DNA from: Clostridia bacterium
GTDB taxonomy: Bacteria; Bacillota; DTU025
Reading direction: 5' to 3'
Assembly (NCBI GenBank): GCA_034926675.1
Contig: JAYFQW010000081.1
Location: 1 to 32,000, forward strand
Length of the DNA: 32,000 bases
Shown here: positions 8,798 to 18,237 of the stretch, one piece after another
Layout: each line of letters starts with the position of its first letter
Position numbering within the stretch: position 1 is the first letter of the stretch
Made by a program: the position numbers and the translations under genes
Notes under the pieces: model-generated
Told to the model about the DNA's origin: nothing
Databases searched by the model: none
Seen by the model: only the letters and a program-made list of their open reading frames with translations

Positions 8798-10975
8798 GTG
8801 AAACGTGCGATTGCAGTTGTCATGTGCCTGCTGGTGGCCGTTTGCGCAATTGCGGTTTCCTTGCGCATGAACTTGCGTGGCATTACATCGCGGGCCATAG
8901 AGCACGCCATCTCCCGCGCCACCGGCGTGGAGGATGTGGGCGTTGGGGCAGTGGAACCTCGAGGGTTCCGCTCGCTTCGGATATCCAACGTTAGGATCGG
9001 CGATGCGATTTCCATCAGTGAGCTGACTATCACATACGATCTCCGGGGTCTTCTTCGCGACAAGGTGAACCCAGGGCGGAGCATCACCGCGATGGAGGCG
9101 GGCCGAGTGCGGCTCGACTGGCCGGAAATGCAGCTCCTTGCCTCCGGCGACGGCGGTGGCGGTCGCGCCAGGCTCAATGGCCTCCGCAGCGATAGAGGCG
9201 CGTCCCGCGCAGCCCAGTCAGGCAGTGCCTTTGGTGGTTTCCGGGGGACCATATCCGTGAGGGACGCTGAAGTGAAGCTAGCTGGCGGGGCCAACCCAAC
9301 ACTGCTTCTCGCCACGGAGGTCCGGGCGGCCTTGGGGCAGCCGTTGGCGCTGTCGCCTGGGTCCTCTCCAGACCGGACCGCAGATGCGTTCCCCGGTTCT
9401 TCCTGGAACGTTTCGGCAGAGCGTGTGGAGTACGCTGCCGAGACCCCATTTGTGGTCGGGCGCCCCCAGGCCGTAGTATCGATAACGCCAAGCGGAAAGG
9501 TGCAGGTATCGGGGCTTGGGGCAGAACTCCTTGGGGGCAGAGTGGAGAGGGCGTCGGCACTTCTAGACCCAGCGGGCGCCCGGTTTCTGACGAGCGCAGG
9601 AGCGGTGCTGTCGCGAATCTCATATCGGGGGGTCGCATTCACGGGCGACGTTGAGATTCGAGAAGACGGATCTGCGGTCACTCACGCTATCGTCGATCTT
9701 CCGCAGGATCTAGGAGGCCCTGCCCACGTGGATGCGAGCTTCGTCGGGCGTGTAGCCTTAGGCCTCGATGCTGCTGTTCCAGGAGTGGCGAAGACCGATC
9801 CTCTGCGGCTTTCGGCAAAGGGCGACCTTCATCTTAATGCTGTCCGCACTCAATGGGGAGAGTGGCATGATCTGAAAGCATCCGTTGAAATCATGGCCTC
9901 AATGTCCGGAATTAGGGTTGACGCCGGCGCCAAGAGGACGTCGCTTTCGGACCTCGCCGCGGGCGGCGGGGCATCAGGCGTGGTATCTGGCTGGGTAAAC
10001 TGGAGCGCAGGTGTTGATGTCCGAAATGGCTGTGCTCAAGCGAATGTGGACATCACGGACGGCCTCGTGAAGACGCCCCTGTGGTCTCAGGAGTTCCAGG
10101 ATATCGCTGGGCGCATAGAGATTGCCAACACCGACGCGCGGCGTTCGCCAGGGGAGAGGGACGTTGCAGGTGCGGACCTGATGCACGGCATTGGCGCCGT
10201 CGTTCACGTGCCGAGCCTCAGGGGGACTATCGGCGGAGGCCAGGCGGAGGTCGCAGGGGCGCCAGGAGCCTGGAGAATCATCTTGAGCGGGGCGCGACTC
10301 GAGCATCAGCTGCTGAGGGGCCAGGTGAATGCAGACCTCTTAGTGCAGGGCGGCGCCTCAGACGGCCTTATCCTGTCGGGCGACATACATCTGAGCCATG
10401 CAGAGGTGGATGCCGTAACGGCTGGGTTCTCCCAGGTTCCATCATTGCCTGATGCCGTTCTCGATTTGGATCTGCAGTTTGGCGATGACGTGAAGATAGT
10501 GAGGGATGGATCCTGGGCTATCATGGCCCCAGGATCCATTAAGCTCGGCGGATCGGTGCGAAACCCCAAACCAGAGGGCGTTCTCATCGCAAGCGGCGGC
10601 GCGGTGGAGTTGTCAGGTGTTCCGCTTGAGATCGTCTCGGGGCGCATCGACTTTCCGGGCAAGGCAGGAGGGACGCTCCAGTTCGGGCTGGAGGCGCGCG
10701 ATATGTCTGCAGAACCCCCGATCGTCGCAAGCATCACAGGTGAACCGGGCAAGGTCAGCATTTCCATGAGGTCTGACGCGGCAGAAGAAACTGACCAAGG
10801 AGGACTCCTCATGAAACTTCTCGACGCTCGTTTGCGTCTATACATGTTGAGCGGCATTGGGAGGCTCCTGGATGAGAGCGTGGATTCGTCCGCAACAGTG
10901 TCCTCATCCCGGACCCGCACTGAGAAGGAATCGGTGTGGGGGAGTAGAATAGGGAATCCGACCATTAGCCCATGA
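8798..10975 (+). CDS. tamB: TamB-like (DUF490/translocation and assembly module) protein
   Basis: GTG start at 8798 gives VKRAIAVVMCLLVAVCAIAVSLRMNLRG (N-terminal TM anchor), a long beta-rich region, and a C-terminal TamB-like IKLGGSVRNPKPEGVLIASGGAVELSGVPLEIVSGRIDFPGKAGGTLQFGLEARDMSAEPPIVASITGEPGKVSISM. Confidence 0.82.
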   Translation: MKRAIAVVMCLLVAVCAIAVSLRMNLRGITSRAIEHAISRATGVEDVGVGAVEPRGFRSLRISNVRIGDAISISELTITYDLRGLLRDKVNPGRSITAMEAGRVRLDWPEMQLLASGDGGGGRARLNGLRSDRGASRAAQSGSAFGGFRGTISVRDAEVKLAGGANPTLLLATEVRAALGQPLALSPGSSPDRTADAFPGSSWNVSAERVEYAAETPFVVGRPQAVVSITPSGKVQVSGLGAELLGGRVERASALLDPAGARFLTSAGAVLSRISYRGVAFTGDVEIREDGSAVTHAIVDLPQDLGGPAHVDASFVGRVALGLDAAVPGVAKTDPLRLSAKGDLHLNAVRTQWGEWHDLKASVEIMASMSGIRVDAGAKRTSLSDLAAGGGASGVVSGWVNWSAGVDVRNGCAQANVDITDGLVKTPLWSQEFQDIAGRIEIANTDARRSPGERDVAGADLMHGIGAVVHVPSLRGTIGGGQAEVAGAPGAWRIILSGARLEHQLLRGQVNADLLVQGGASDGLILSGDIHLSHAEVDAVTAGFSQVPSLPDAVLDLDLQFGDDVKIVRDGSWAIMAPGSIKLGGSVRNPKPEGVLIASGGAVELSGVPLEIVSGRIDFPGKAGGTLQFGLEARDMSAEPPIVASITGEPGKVSISMRSDAAEETDQGGLLMKLLDARLRLYMLSGIGRLLDESVDSSATVSSSRTRTEKESVWGSRIGNPTISP

Positions 10976-12765
10976 TCACAGCCAGAGGGTGCTGTGGATA
11001 TGGAAGTTGTCGCATGATGTGGGAGGGGAGACTGTTGAAGGACGTTCGCTTCAGTAGGTTCTGCGGTATTCTGGCGGTAATGGTTGCCGCGGTCCTGCTG
11101 GCTTCATCGGCAGCCTGGGCTGCCGAGCCGAAGTCGCTGGGTAAGGTAACCGCTATCGAAGTCCAGGGAAACCAAAGGATCGATTCGGACATAATCATCC
11201 GTGCAATGGCCATCAAGGTTGGCGATGAACTAACAGAGCAAGCAATCAACACTTCATTCGGAGCGATCGATGCTCTAGGATGGTTTGCCGACCTAGGAGC
11301 AAACACCGCCCCTTACTTGGGCGGAGTCAAACTGATCGTCATCGTTCAGGAGTTCCCGGTGATCAGCAAGGTTAGCATTAGCGGCAACAAACTGATCGGC
11401 TCCGATGTGCTCACGGCAGCGCTTGGCTCAAAGCCCAACGCCCAGCTCAATATGAACACGCTGAGGGTGGACCTTCAGGCTCTTGGAAAGATCTATCAGG
11501 ACAAGGGCTACTGGGTGAGCATTGAACCGTCCGTTCAGGAACAGGGCGTGCTCTCCCTCAATGTCTTCGAGTGGACAGTCGCCGATGTGCGGGTGTCCGG
11601 CAATGAGAAGACCAAGGCCTACGTGATTCAGCGGTCTATCCAGACGAAGTCAGGCGACTACGTCGACGTAAACAAGATAAACGACGATCGCCGCCGCGTG
11701 TACATGCTGGGGGCCTTCGAGGACGTGGAGGCGAAGGTGGAACCGGTCCCTGGCAAGTACGAGTATGCCATCAACTATGTGGTCAAGGAGCGGAAGACCG
11801 GCACTGCCAACATGGGAATAACCTACAGCTCTGCAACTGGCCTAACTGGCTATTTGCAGCTCGGCGACGAGAATTTCCTAGGCAATGCCCAGACCGTCAA
11901 CCTCAGGGCGGAATTCGGAGGCGGCCAGACGAACTACGAGATTGGCTTCCACGAACCCTGGGTCGGGAAGTCCGGGAAGACATCTGCGGGCTTCAACCTG
12001 TTCGCGAAGTCCGTGGAGAAGAAGTACACGCCCGCGGAGGATGTGGACGACGGAAACCCTGATACCCCCGCCCCAATCCAGTACAAGCAGCGAAAGACTG
12101 GCGGAGACGTCACCATTGGGAGGTCTCTGTCTCTCAATACCACTGCATCTCTCAAGCTGAGAATAGAGAATGCTGTCAATACTGCTGTGAACCCTGAGGA
12201 TCAGCTTCTGACGCCGGCGGGCGGCAACACCCGGTCCCTCACCCTATCAGCGCAGAACGATACGAGGGATGATCTGTGGAACCCAGCCGCGGGTCACAGG
12301 GTCACGGGGTCTGTCGAGTATGCCGGAGGCCTGCTCGGGGGAGATGCTTCATTCTCCAAAGTCGAGGCTGAGGGCTCGATTTATCGCCAGGTCCGCGAGG
12401 GGCACATCCTCGCAGGCCGCGTCAGTGGCGGTTTCGGGCTTGCAGCCCTTCCAGAGGATCAGCAGTTCAAACTGGGAGGGGCCGAGACAGTTCGCGGGTA
12501 CAACTACGGGGATTTCCAGGGCGACAGAATGGCCCTGGCGAACGCGGAGTACAGGTTCAGCATCGTGAAGGGATTCCAGGGCGTGGTGTTCGTCGATGCG
12601 GGGCAGGCATGGAAGATCGGTGAGCCATTCCAGCTTTCCAACACCAAGATGGGGTATGGAGTGGGCGTCCGGGTGATGGTGCCTGTGCTCGGCATGATCC
12701 GAGTTGATTACGGAATCGGAAAGAATGGCGGACAGGCCTACTTCAGTTTCGGTCAGACGTTCTAG
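10972..12765 (+). CDS. bamA: BamA/Omp85-family OM protein assembly factor (POTRA repeats plus 16-strand-type barrel)
   Basis: KVTAIEVQGNQRIDSDIIIRAMAIKVGDEL; ISKVSISGNKLIGSDVLTAAL; VADVRVSGNEKTKAYVIQRSIQTKSGDYVD (three POTRA-like units). Barrel with NFLGNAQTVNLRAEFGG and VRGYNYGDFQGDRM; terminates in SFGQTF. True start may be 11014 or 11035. Confidence 0.93.
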   Translation: MITARGCCGYGSCRMMWEGRLLKDVRFSRFCGILAVMVAAVLLASSAAWAAEPKSLGKVTAIEVQGNQRIDSDIIIRAMAIKVGDELTEQAINTSFGAIDALGWFADLGANTAPYLGGVKLIVIVQEFPVISKVSISGNKLIGSDVLTAALGSKPNAQLNMNTLRVDLQALGKIYQDKGYWVSIEPSVQEQGVLSLNVFEWTVADVRVSGNEKTKAYVIQRSIQTKSGDYVDVNKINDDRRRVYMLGAFEDVEAKVEPVPGKYEYAINYVVKERKTGTANMGITYSSATGLTGYLQLGDENFLGNAQTVNLRAEFGGGQTNYEIGFHEPWVGKSGKTSAGFNLFAKSVEKKYTPAEDVDDGNPDTPAPIQYKQRKTGGDVTIGRSLSLNTTASLKLRIENAVNTAVNPEDQLLTPAGGNTRSLTLSAQNDTRDDLWNPAAGHRVTGSVEYAGGLLGGDASFSKVEAEGSIYRQVREGHILAGRVSGGFGLAALPEDQQFKLGGAETVRGYNYGDFQGDRMALANAEYRFSIVKGFQGVVFVDAGQAWKIGEPFQLSNTKMGYGVGVRVMVPVLGMIRVDYGIGKNGGQAYFSFGQTF

Positions 12766-12785
12766 CCCTGCGGACGCAGTGGATG

Positions 12786-12791
12786 TATAAT
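12786..12791 (+). promoter_or_regulatory. Candidate -10 box (TATAAT) upstream of ompH
   Basis: TATAAT at 12786-12791, 71 bp before the ompH start; no convincing -35. Followed by an inverted repeat AGGCGCC/GGCGCCT (12796-12819). Confidence 0.35.
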
Positions 12792-12856
12792 GGGTAGGCG
12801 CCGCGACGCCGTGGCGCCTGCCTTGCTTGTGATGAATTGGAGCTCAGAAAGAAAGG

Positions 12857-13321
12857 ATGAACCGAATGTTCAAGAACCTTCCGAAGACCCTTGTTACTAT
12901 GCTCATCTGCTCAGTTGTCATCGGCGCAGGCGCCGGTCTCATGAACTTGGCAGTCTCCTCGGCCGCTCCTGAGCCGGTCGTGATCGGAAAGATAGATGGC
13001 CCCAAGCTGAACAGCGAGTTTCCCGCACTGAAGGCAGCCTGGGACAACATCTCCAAGCAGAAGGCTACACTGGAGAAGGAACTGAACTCCAAGGCCGAGA
13101 ATCAAGACGAGGAGACCCAGAAGGTTCTCCTCGACCAGTACAACAAGAAGTACAACGACTATGCCAAGACGCAGCTTGAGCCGGCTACCAAGTCCCTCAA
13201 GGATGCCATTGCGGCTGTTGCTAAGGAGAAGGGCGTCAACGTCGTCCTCGACCTCAACGTTGTGCATCTCGGTGGAATCGACATTACCGACGCCGTGATG
13301 AAGAAGGGCGGCGCCAAGTAG
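12857..13321 (+). CDS. ompH: OmpH/Skp-family periplasmic chaperone
   Basis: Signal sequence, KIDGPKLNSEFPALKAAWDNISKQKATLEKELNSKAENQDEE...YNDYAKTQLEPATKSLKDAIAAVAKEKGVNVVLDLNVVHLGGIDITDAVMKK. Confidence 0.88.
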   Translation: MNRMFKNLPKTLVTMLICSVVIGAGAGLMNLAVSSAAPEPVVIGKIDGPKLNSEFPALKAAWDNISKQKATLEKELNSKAENQDEETQKVLLDQYNKKYNDYAKTQLEPATKSLKDAIAAVAKEKGVNVVLDLNVVHLGGIDITDAVMKKGGAK

Positions 13322-13347
13322 GAAGGCGTGTCGTTCCGGAAATCGTA

Positions 13348-13380
13348 TGGGGAGGCGCGCTTGGCGTCTCCCCATTCTTC
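13348..13380 (+). terminator. Hairpin with T-rich tail after ompH
   Basis: TGGGGAGGCG (13348-13357) pairs with CGTCTCCCCA (13365-13374, one G-T), followed by ttcttc. Confidence 0.55.
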
Positions 13381-13407
13381 TAGAGAGCAGCGATGGGGGT
13401 GGCGTAG

Positions 13408-14241
13408 ATGAGTACTAGTAGGATGATCTCCGCGATGTTCACCGCCATCTTCGCATTGATGCTGCTCCAGGGGAATGGGGAAGTGTCAGCGTGCGTCGGA
13501 GCGCGTCCGATGGCCCTGGGAGGGGCATTTGTGGCCATGGCGGAGGGCTCATCCGCAGTGTACTGGAACCCCGCGGGCCTTGCCTGGCTTAAGTCGGGGG
13601 ATGCAGGGCTTACTGCCACCCTCAACAACAAGTGCACCTACAACTACGACCTCTTCGTTTCTCTCTGCTCACCTCTGGCTCAGGGGTGGGGTGTGGGCTT
13701 GGGCTATGTCCTCTCCACAGTCGCTGCCGGCGCCGGTGTTCTCCGAGAGGATTGGGCAGTAGCGTCGGCTGCCCGGGCCATCGACGATCAACTCGCCATC
13801 GGCGGCAGCGTGAGAATGGAGGCAGTGTCCTTTGAGCCGGAGTCCCCATCCACGAGGCTGAGGTTCGATATCGGCGTCATGTACCGGCTTACTCCGAAGC
13901 TCAGCGCCGGGCTGCTCATCCAGGATCTATCAGCAGGTTCGTCGGCCGCCAATATCAGACCGGGCCTCGCTATCAGGCCAGATGACCGTAGCCTTCTTAC
14001 CATTGATGTTTACGATATGGTCGGGGCATGGGGGCGCCCGAGCGGAAGGGCCGGATTCGAGAGACTGGTAGGGGATAATCTCGCTCTGCGCCTGGGGTGC
14101 TACGGGTTCAGCCCAGGATTCTCCTGGGGCGCACTGACCCTCGGCGCCGGCCTGACAGCCGGGCCATTTCGTGCTGATTACGCATTCCTCGGCGGAGCCC
14201 TGGGCGGCACTCACCAGTTGGGGGTGGAAGTTGCGTTCTAG
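13408..14241 (+). CDS. PorV/UPF0164-like predicted OM beta-barrel protein
   Basis: Signal sequence, GARPMALGGAFVAMAEGSSAVYWNPAGLAWL (typical of PorV/FadL-like/UPF0164 proteins), beta-rich body, C-terminal LGVEVAF. Confidence 0.75.
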   Translation: MSTSRMISAMFTAIFALMLLQGNGEVSACVGARPMALGGAFVAMAEGSSAVYWNPAGLAWLKSGDAGLTATLNNKCTYNYDLFVSLCSPLAQGWGVGLGYVLSTVAAGAGVLREDWAVASAARAIDDQLAIGGSVRMEAVSFEPESPSTRLRFDIGVMYRLTPKLSAGLLIQDLSAGSSAANIRPGLAIRPDDRSLLTIDVYDMVGAWGRPSGRAGFERLVGDNLALRLGCYGFSPGFSWGALTLGAGLTAGPFRADYAFLGGALGGTHQLGVEVAF

Positions 14242-14256
14242 CGAGGTGTCAACTGG

Positions 14257-17200
14257 ATGAGGATTCTCGACCGTTACGTCATCCGCGAGTTTGTAGGGCC
14301 GTTCATCCTGTCTGTTTCGGCGTTCATAATCATCATGCTAAGCGGCCAGCTCTTCTGGCTGATGGATCTGATCATCCAGACACACGTCCCTGCGCTCGCG
14401 GTGATGCGCATGCTCTTATACAGTCTGCCTGGGATAGTCGCTCAGGTCCTGCCAGTTGCTGTGCTCCTGGCGGTCATGTTGGGCCTGGGTCGCCTCAGCC
14501 GCGATTCGGAGCTCTCGATCATGCGCGCCATCGGAACCCCTTTCGCGAGGATTGTGCTGCCGCTGATTGCCGTTGGCGCTGTTGTGAGTGGAATCGGCTT
14601 CTGGCTAGGGGATTCCGTAGTGCCATGGGCGACTCATGAATCGGAGAACATCGTTAGGCAGATGATCCTGAAGGACGTCATGCCCAATGTGGAACAGGAC
14701 GTCTTTTTCAAGGCGCCGGAGGGCAGGTTCGTCTATGTTGGCAAGGCTGATCCCGCGAGCGGGCTCATGGAACGTGTGATGGTGTATGAAACCAACTCCG
14801 GCGAATTCCCTCGGATAGTGACAGCCATGTCAGGTCGCATATCCGGGCTTTCCTGGCTGCTTACTGACGGCGCCATCCACCAACTGGATTCACGAGGGCG
14901 CGTCAGCATGTCAATGTCCTTCGAGAGCTTGGATATCAAGATGGACAACACGTTCGACCAGTTTGTTGCGAACCAGAAGACTCCTCAGGAGATGAGCAGG
15001 CGAGAGCTTAAGCAGAACATCGACCTGTTCGAACGGAGTGGCATCAAAGTCTCCGGGCTGCGGATCGATTACCACCTGAAATCGGCAGAGCCCGTGGCGG
15101 CCTTGGTGTTCGCTATTATCGGGGCGCCGCTCATTACCAAATCTCCTCGGCGAGGCGGCGGCTACTTCGGAGTGGTGGCAGCGGCTGTGCTGGCGCTTGC
15201 GTACTATGTGGTGCAGGCCATCGCCAGATCGCTGGCATCCCAAGGGACGGTCCCTCCACTTCTGGCCGCATGGTTCCCTAACATCCTGTTCCTGGCAGCA
15301 GGCCTCGCCATGCTATTTTCAGTTGATAAGGTGCGCGGCTTCCGTGCGCGGCGGCGCATTCCGATGGCTGCTATCCTCCTCGGTGCGCTGCTTCTTGTCG
15401 CCATTGCGCCTTCGGCTGCGAGGGCGGCGGATTTCCCAATCGACGTGCGCGGGACCTTGCTGTCGTTCGATGGCGCCACAGGGATCTGGGTAATCTCGGG
15501 GCAAGTGAAGATATCATTCAAAGACACGAAGATAACCGGGGATAGCGCGGAGTTCGATCTAAAGGACAACATTGCGGTGATACGCGGCAACGTTGTGGTA
15601 ATCCGGAACGATGAGGAACTCCGAGGCGATACTGTGACCTACAACGTCTCCACCGGGGACGTAATTGCAGGCAACGCGTGGGCAAAGATCCGCGATGAGA
15701 AGGTCACCGGTTTCCTTTACATGAAAGGCGCGGAGTTGGAGAGGAAGGACAGCTACGTTCGCCTCTCTGACGGCGCCGTAACCACGTGTGATCTTGACAA
15801 CCCCCACTATAAGGTGGTCGCCGAGAGAATGGAGATCTACGTAGACAGCAGAATCGTCCTACATGGAGTGGCCTATTACGAAGGGAAGGTCAAACTCCTG
15901 TCGCTTCCCCACCTTACTATTCCGCTCAAAGAGGATGAGAGGTTCGAGCTTCCGAAAATCGGGTACGGAGCTGCGGAAGGCTGGTACATCAAGACCAAGT
16001 TCAACTACAGGATCAATGATGATGCCACGGGGTCTCTGTATGCCGACTACTATCAGCTGCTAGGGCCTGCGGCTGGCGTCAGTCAGAGGATCAACCTTGG
16101 CAAGATAGGCGAGTTCACAGGGTATCTCTACGGGCTCTGGAACATCAACTCGGACCGGCTCGACACCACAGTCGAGCTGACCCACGCCGTGTCGCTCCCA
16201 TTCGATGTATCCTCGAAGGCGGAGCTGAAATTCAGGGATTTCACAACGTCAGCCGGGTTGCCTGCCCTGGAGAGGACCTATGGACTCAGTTTGCACAGGC
16301 AAGCATCTGGGTCGGCAACTGCGTTGACCTGGAACACCACCCAGCTCGAGTCGGTATCGGATACCTCAAACACTACTCTGATCCTCAAGCACAGCTCCAC
16401 GTTGCCGCAGCCGCTCTCTGTCAGGCTCAACGCCGACGCTTCATTCAGGCGCCAGACTGCGGGGGATTCTGTGGTGCGCAATGTGCTCAACTACAGAGTG
16501 CAGGCGGATAGGGCATTCGGGCCGATTACCGTGACGGGCCTGGCCCAATCCCAAGTTGTGATCGACGATGACTCAAGCCAGGATGGCTCGAACGCGCCAC
16601 CGCCTCCGTGGAAGGCGCTACAGAGGCTTCCCGAAATCACGGTGAAGGCGGATCGGCTGGAGATTCCAAATACTCCGCTGAGAATGGGCGTAAAGATGGT
16701 CTATGGGCGGTACACTGAGGACGCGATAAGAAATGGAGTCAGATCGGATATTACGGCTGGAAAAGGAGAGGCCGAGCTAACTCTCGGAATGGACTCGCGC
16801 AAGCTCACTCAGGGCCTCAGCGTGGATGCGACTGCCAGAGGAGTGTTCAGCCTCTATGAGGGGTACGGAGCACGAGGAGCTGCAGGCTACACCATCGGCG
16901 CCTACGTTGCCCCGGTGCAAGGATCTACACTGAGGATAACGTACAACAAGACCGATGTGATCGGAGCGTCTCCGTTCATGTTCGATCGAATGGCGGAGAC
17001 GAGCAGGCTTGCTGCGAATCTTACCGCCGTGAAGGGTCCGCTCAGGCTCACCCTCTCCAGCGGTTACGACTTTCGGACCCACACCTACGATAGCCTCACA
17101 GCCGCTGCCAGGGTGGATCTGGGTGGTGGGATAGCGGCGGACCTGTCGGGGTCGTACAGCATCTCCACGGGGAAGCCCACATCTCTTGTTGGAAGGGTAG

Positions 17201-17535
17201 TGGTGCAGCCCAATCCGGATCTGGATTTCAAGGCCGCTGCGAGCTACAGTTTCATCACGGGGAAGCTTGCAAGGGTGGAATCCTCTGCGAACATGAAACT
17301 CAGCTCCGACTACCGGCTTGCTTGGGCAGCGGTGTATGATGTGGCCAAGGGCGGCCTGATCAGGGGAGATATCGGAGTGACCCGCGATCTGCACTGCAGG
17401 GAGATTTCGCTGCTGTACGAATACACATCCCGCAGAGTGTGGTTGGACTTCCGGATCAAGGCATTTCCAGGGCAATCCCTAGGTTTCGGGCTAGGAGAGG
17501 ATGGCGTGATCCTGAGCCAGCCCAGCCTGTTCTGA
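14257..17535 (+). CDS. LptF/LptG-family permease fused to an LptD/OstA-like OM protein (1092 aa)
   Basis: N-terminus MRILDRYVIREFVGPFILSVSAFIIIMLSGQLFWLMDLI...GLGRLSRDSELSIMRAIGTPFARI is LptF/G. Then RARRRIPMAAILLGALLLVAIAPSAARAADFPIDV, OstA-like IKFSFKDTKITGDSAEFDLKDNIAVIRGNVVVIRN-type repeats (sequence reads KISFKDTKITGDSAEFDLKDN), DGAVTTCDLDNPHYKVVAERMEIYVDSRIVLHGVAYYEGKVKLLSLPHLTIPLK (LptD-like), and a long beta-strand region ending in F. Confidence 0.9.
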   Translation: MRILDRYVIREFVGPFILSVSAFIIIMLSGQLFWLMDLIIQTHVPALAVMRMLLYSLPGIVAQVLPVAVLLAVMLGLGRLSRDSELSIMRAIGTPFARIVLPLIAVGAVVSGIGFWLGDSVVPWATHESENIVRQMILKDVMPNVEQDVFFKAPEGRFVYVGKADPASGLMERVMVYETNSGEFPRIVTAMSGRISGLSWLLTDGAIHQLDSRGRVSMSMSFESLDIKMDNTFDQFVANQKTPQEMSRRELKQNIDLFERSGIKVSGLRIDYHLKSAEPVAALVFAIIGAPLITKSPRRGGGYFGVVAAAVLALAYYVVQAIARSLASQGTVPPLLAAWFPNILFLAAGLAMLFSVDKVRGFRARRRIPMAAILLGALLLVAIAPSAARAADFPIDVRGTLLSFDGATGIWVISGQVKISFKDTKITGDSAEFDLKDNIAVIRGNVVVIRNDEELRGDTVTYNVSTGDVIAGNAWAKIRDEKVTGFLYMKGAELERKDSYVRLSDGAVTTCDLDNPHYKVVAERMEIYVDSRIVLHGVAYYEGKVKLLSLPHLTIPLKEDERFELPKIGYGAAEGWYIKTKFNYRINDDATGSLYADYYQLLGPAAGVSQRINLGKIGEFTGYLYGLWNINSDRLDTTVELTHAVSLPFDVSSKAELKFRDFTTSAGLPALERTYGLSLHRQASGSATALTWNTTQLESVSDTSNTTLILKHSSTLPQPLSVRLNADASFRRQTAGDSVVRNVLNYRVQADRAFGPITVTGLAQSQVVIDDDSSQDGSNAPPPPWKALQRLPEITVKADRLEIPNTPLRMGVKMVYGRYTEDAIRNGVRSDITAGKGEAELTLGMDSRKLTQGLSVDATARGVFSLYEGYGARGAAGYTIGAYVAPVQGSTLRITYNKTDVIGASPFMFDRMAETSRLAANLTAVKGPLRLTLSSGYDFRTHTYDSLTAAARVDLGGGIAADLSGSYSISTGKPTSLVGRVVVQPNPDLDFKAAASYSFITGKLARVESSANMKLSSDYRLAWAAVYDVAKGGLIRGDIGVTRDLHCREISLLYEYTSRRVWLDFRIKAFPGQSLGFGLGEDGVILSQPSLF

Positions 17536-17559
17536 TCATGGAGAAGGAGGCGGCCTGCT

Positions 17560-18237
17560 GTGAGCTTGAAGCTGGCCCGAACTGCAGCAGTCCTGGCGGC
17601 GGTCGCCATTGCCTGCGTGTATGTGTATGCGTTCGTGGTTCACAGGCCTTCACCCGCTCGTGATGGGCCAGATGTGAGCCAAGGCTTGATACGACCTGAC
17701 CTGGTCTTCAAGGGTGTTCAGGTTGAGGGCAGAGAGGCCGGCGAGCGGATCTGGACCTTGTCGGCAGCCAGGGTGGAGGCAGGTGCGCGGGGATCTCAGA
17801 CCAGGCTTGACGAAATCACTGAGGGCGAGCTATATCGGACGGGCGAGGCCCATTACGCTTTCAGTGCGGGCCGGGGTGTTCTGGACTCCTCTACTGGGAT
17901 GCTGAGCCTCATGGGTGGAGTCAAGGTGGGCAGCGGCGGACGCGACCTGCTTGAGGCTGATGAGGTGAGATGGGACCCTGCTAGATCCATGGTGATAGTG
18001 CCCGGCCCGGCGAGACTTCACACAGCCAATGGCGAGGCCGCCGCCTCCTCCCTTGAGATTGATGTCAGGTCCTCCGAGATACTCACACAGGGCGAGGTGC
18101 ATGTCGACGAGGGGAACTCGGGGCCGGGATCGGGAGTGACCATCAAGAGCGCCAAAATGCGTATCAACCCGGACACCGGGTCGGTAGAGGCAGAGGGCGC
18201 GACGGAGATCACATTCCGGGTGAGTTCTGATGAGTAG
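17560..18237 (+). CDS. lptC: LptC-like LPS export component
   Basis: GTG start. One N-terminal TM (ARTAAVLAAVAIACVYVYAFVV), then LVFKGVQVEGREAGERIWTLSAARVEAGARGSQTRLDEI...YAFSAGRGVLDSSTGMLSLMGGVKV typical of LptC/DUF1239. Follows the LptD-like region. Confidence 0.82.
   Translation: MSLKLARTAAVLAAVAIACVYVYAFVVHRPSPARDGPDVSQGLIRPDLVFKGVQVEGREAGERIWTLSAARVEAGARGSQTRLDEITEGELYRTGEAHYAFSAGRGVLDSSTGMLSLMGGVKVGSGGRDLLEADEVRWDPARSMVIVPGPARLHTANGEAAASSLEIDVRSSEILTQGEVHVDEGNSGPGSGVTIKSAKMRINPDTGSVEAEGATEITFRVSSDE

Noticed and set aside
8779-9681. 300-aa minus-strand ORF opposite tamB
   Set aside because: No recognisable domain, biased composition, fully antisense to a supported CDS.
16777-17475. 232-aa minus-strand ORF opposite the LptD-like barrel
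   Set aside because: Antisense shadow, no domain.
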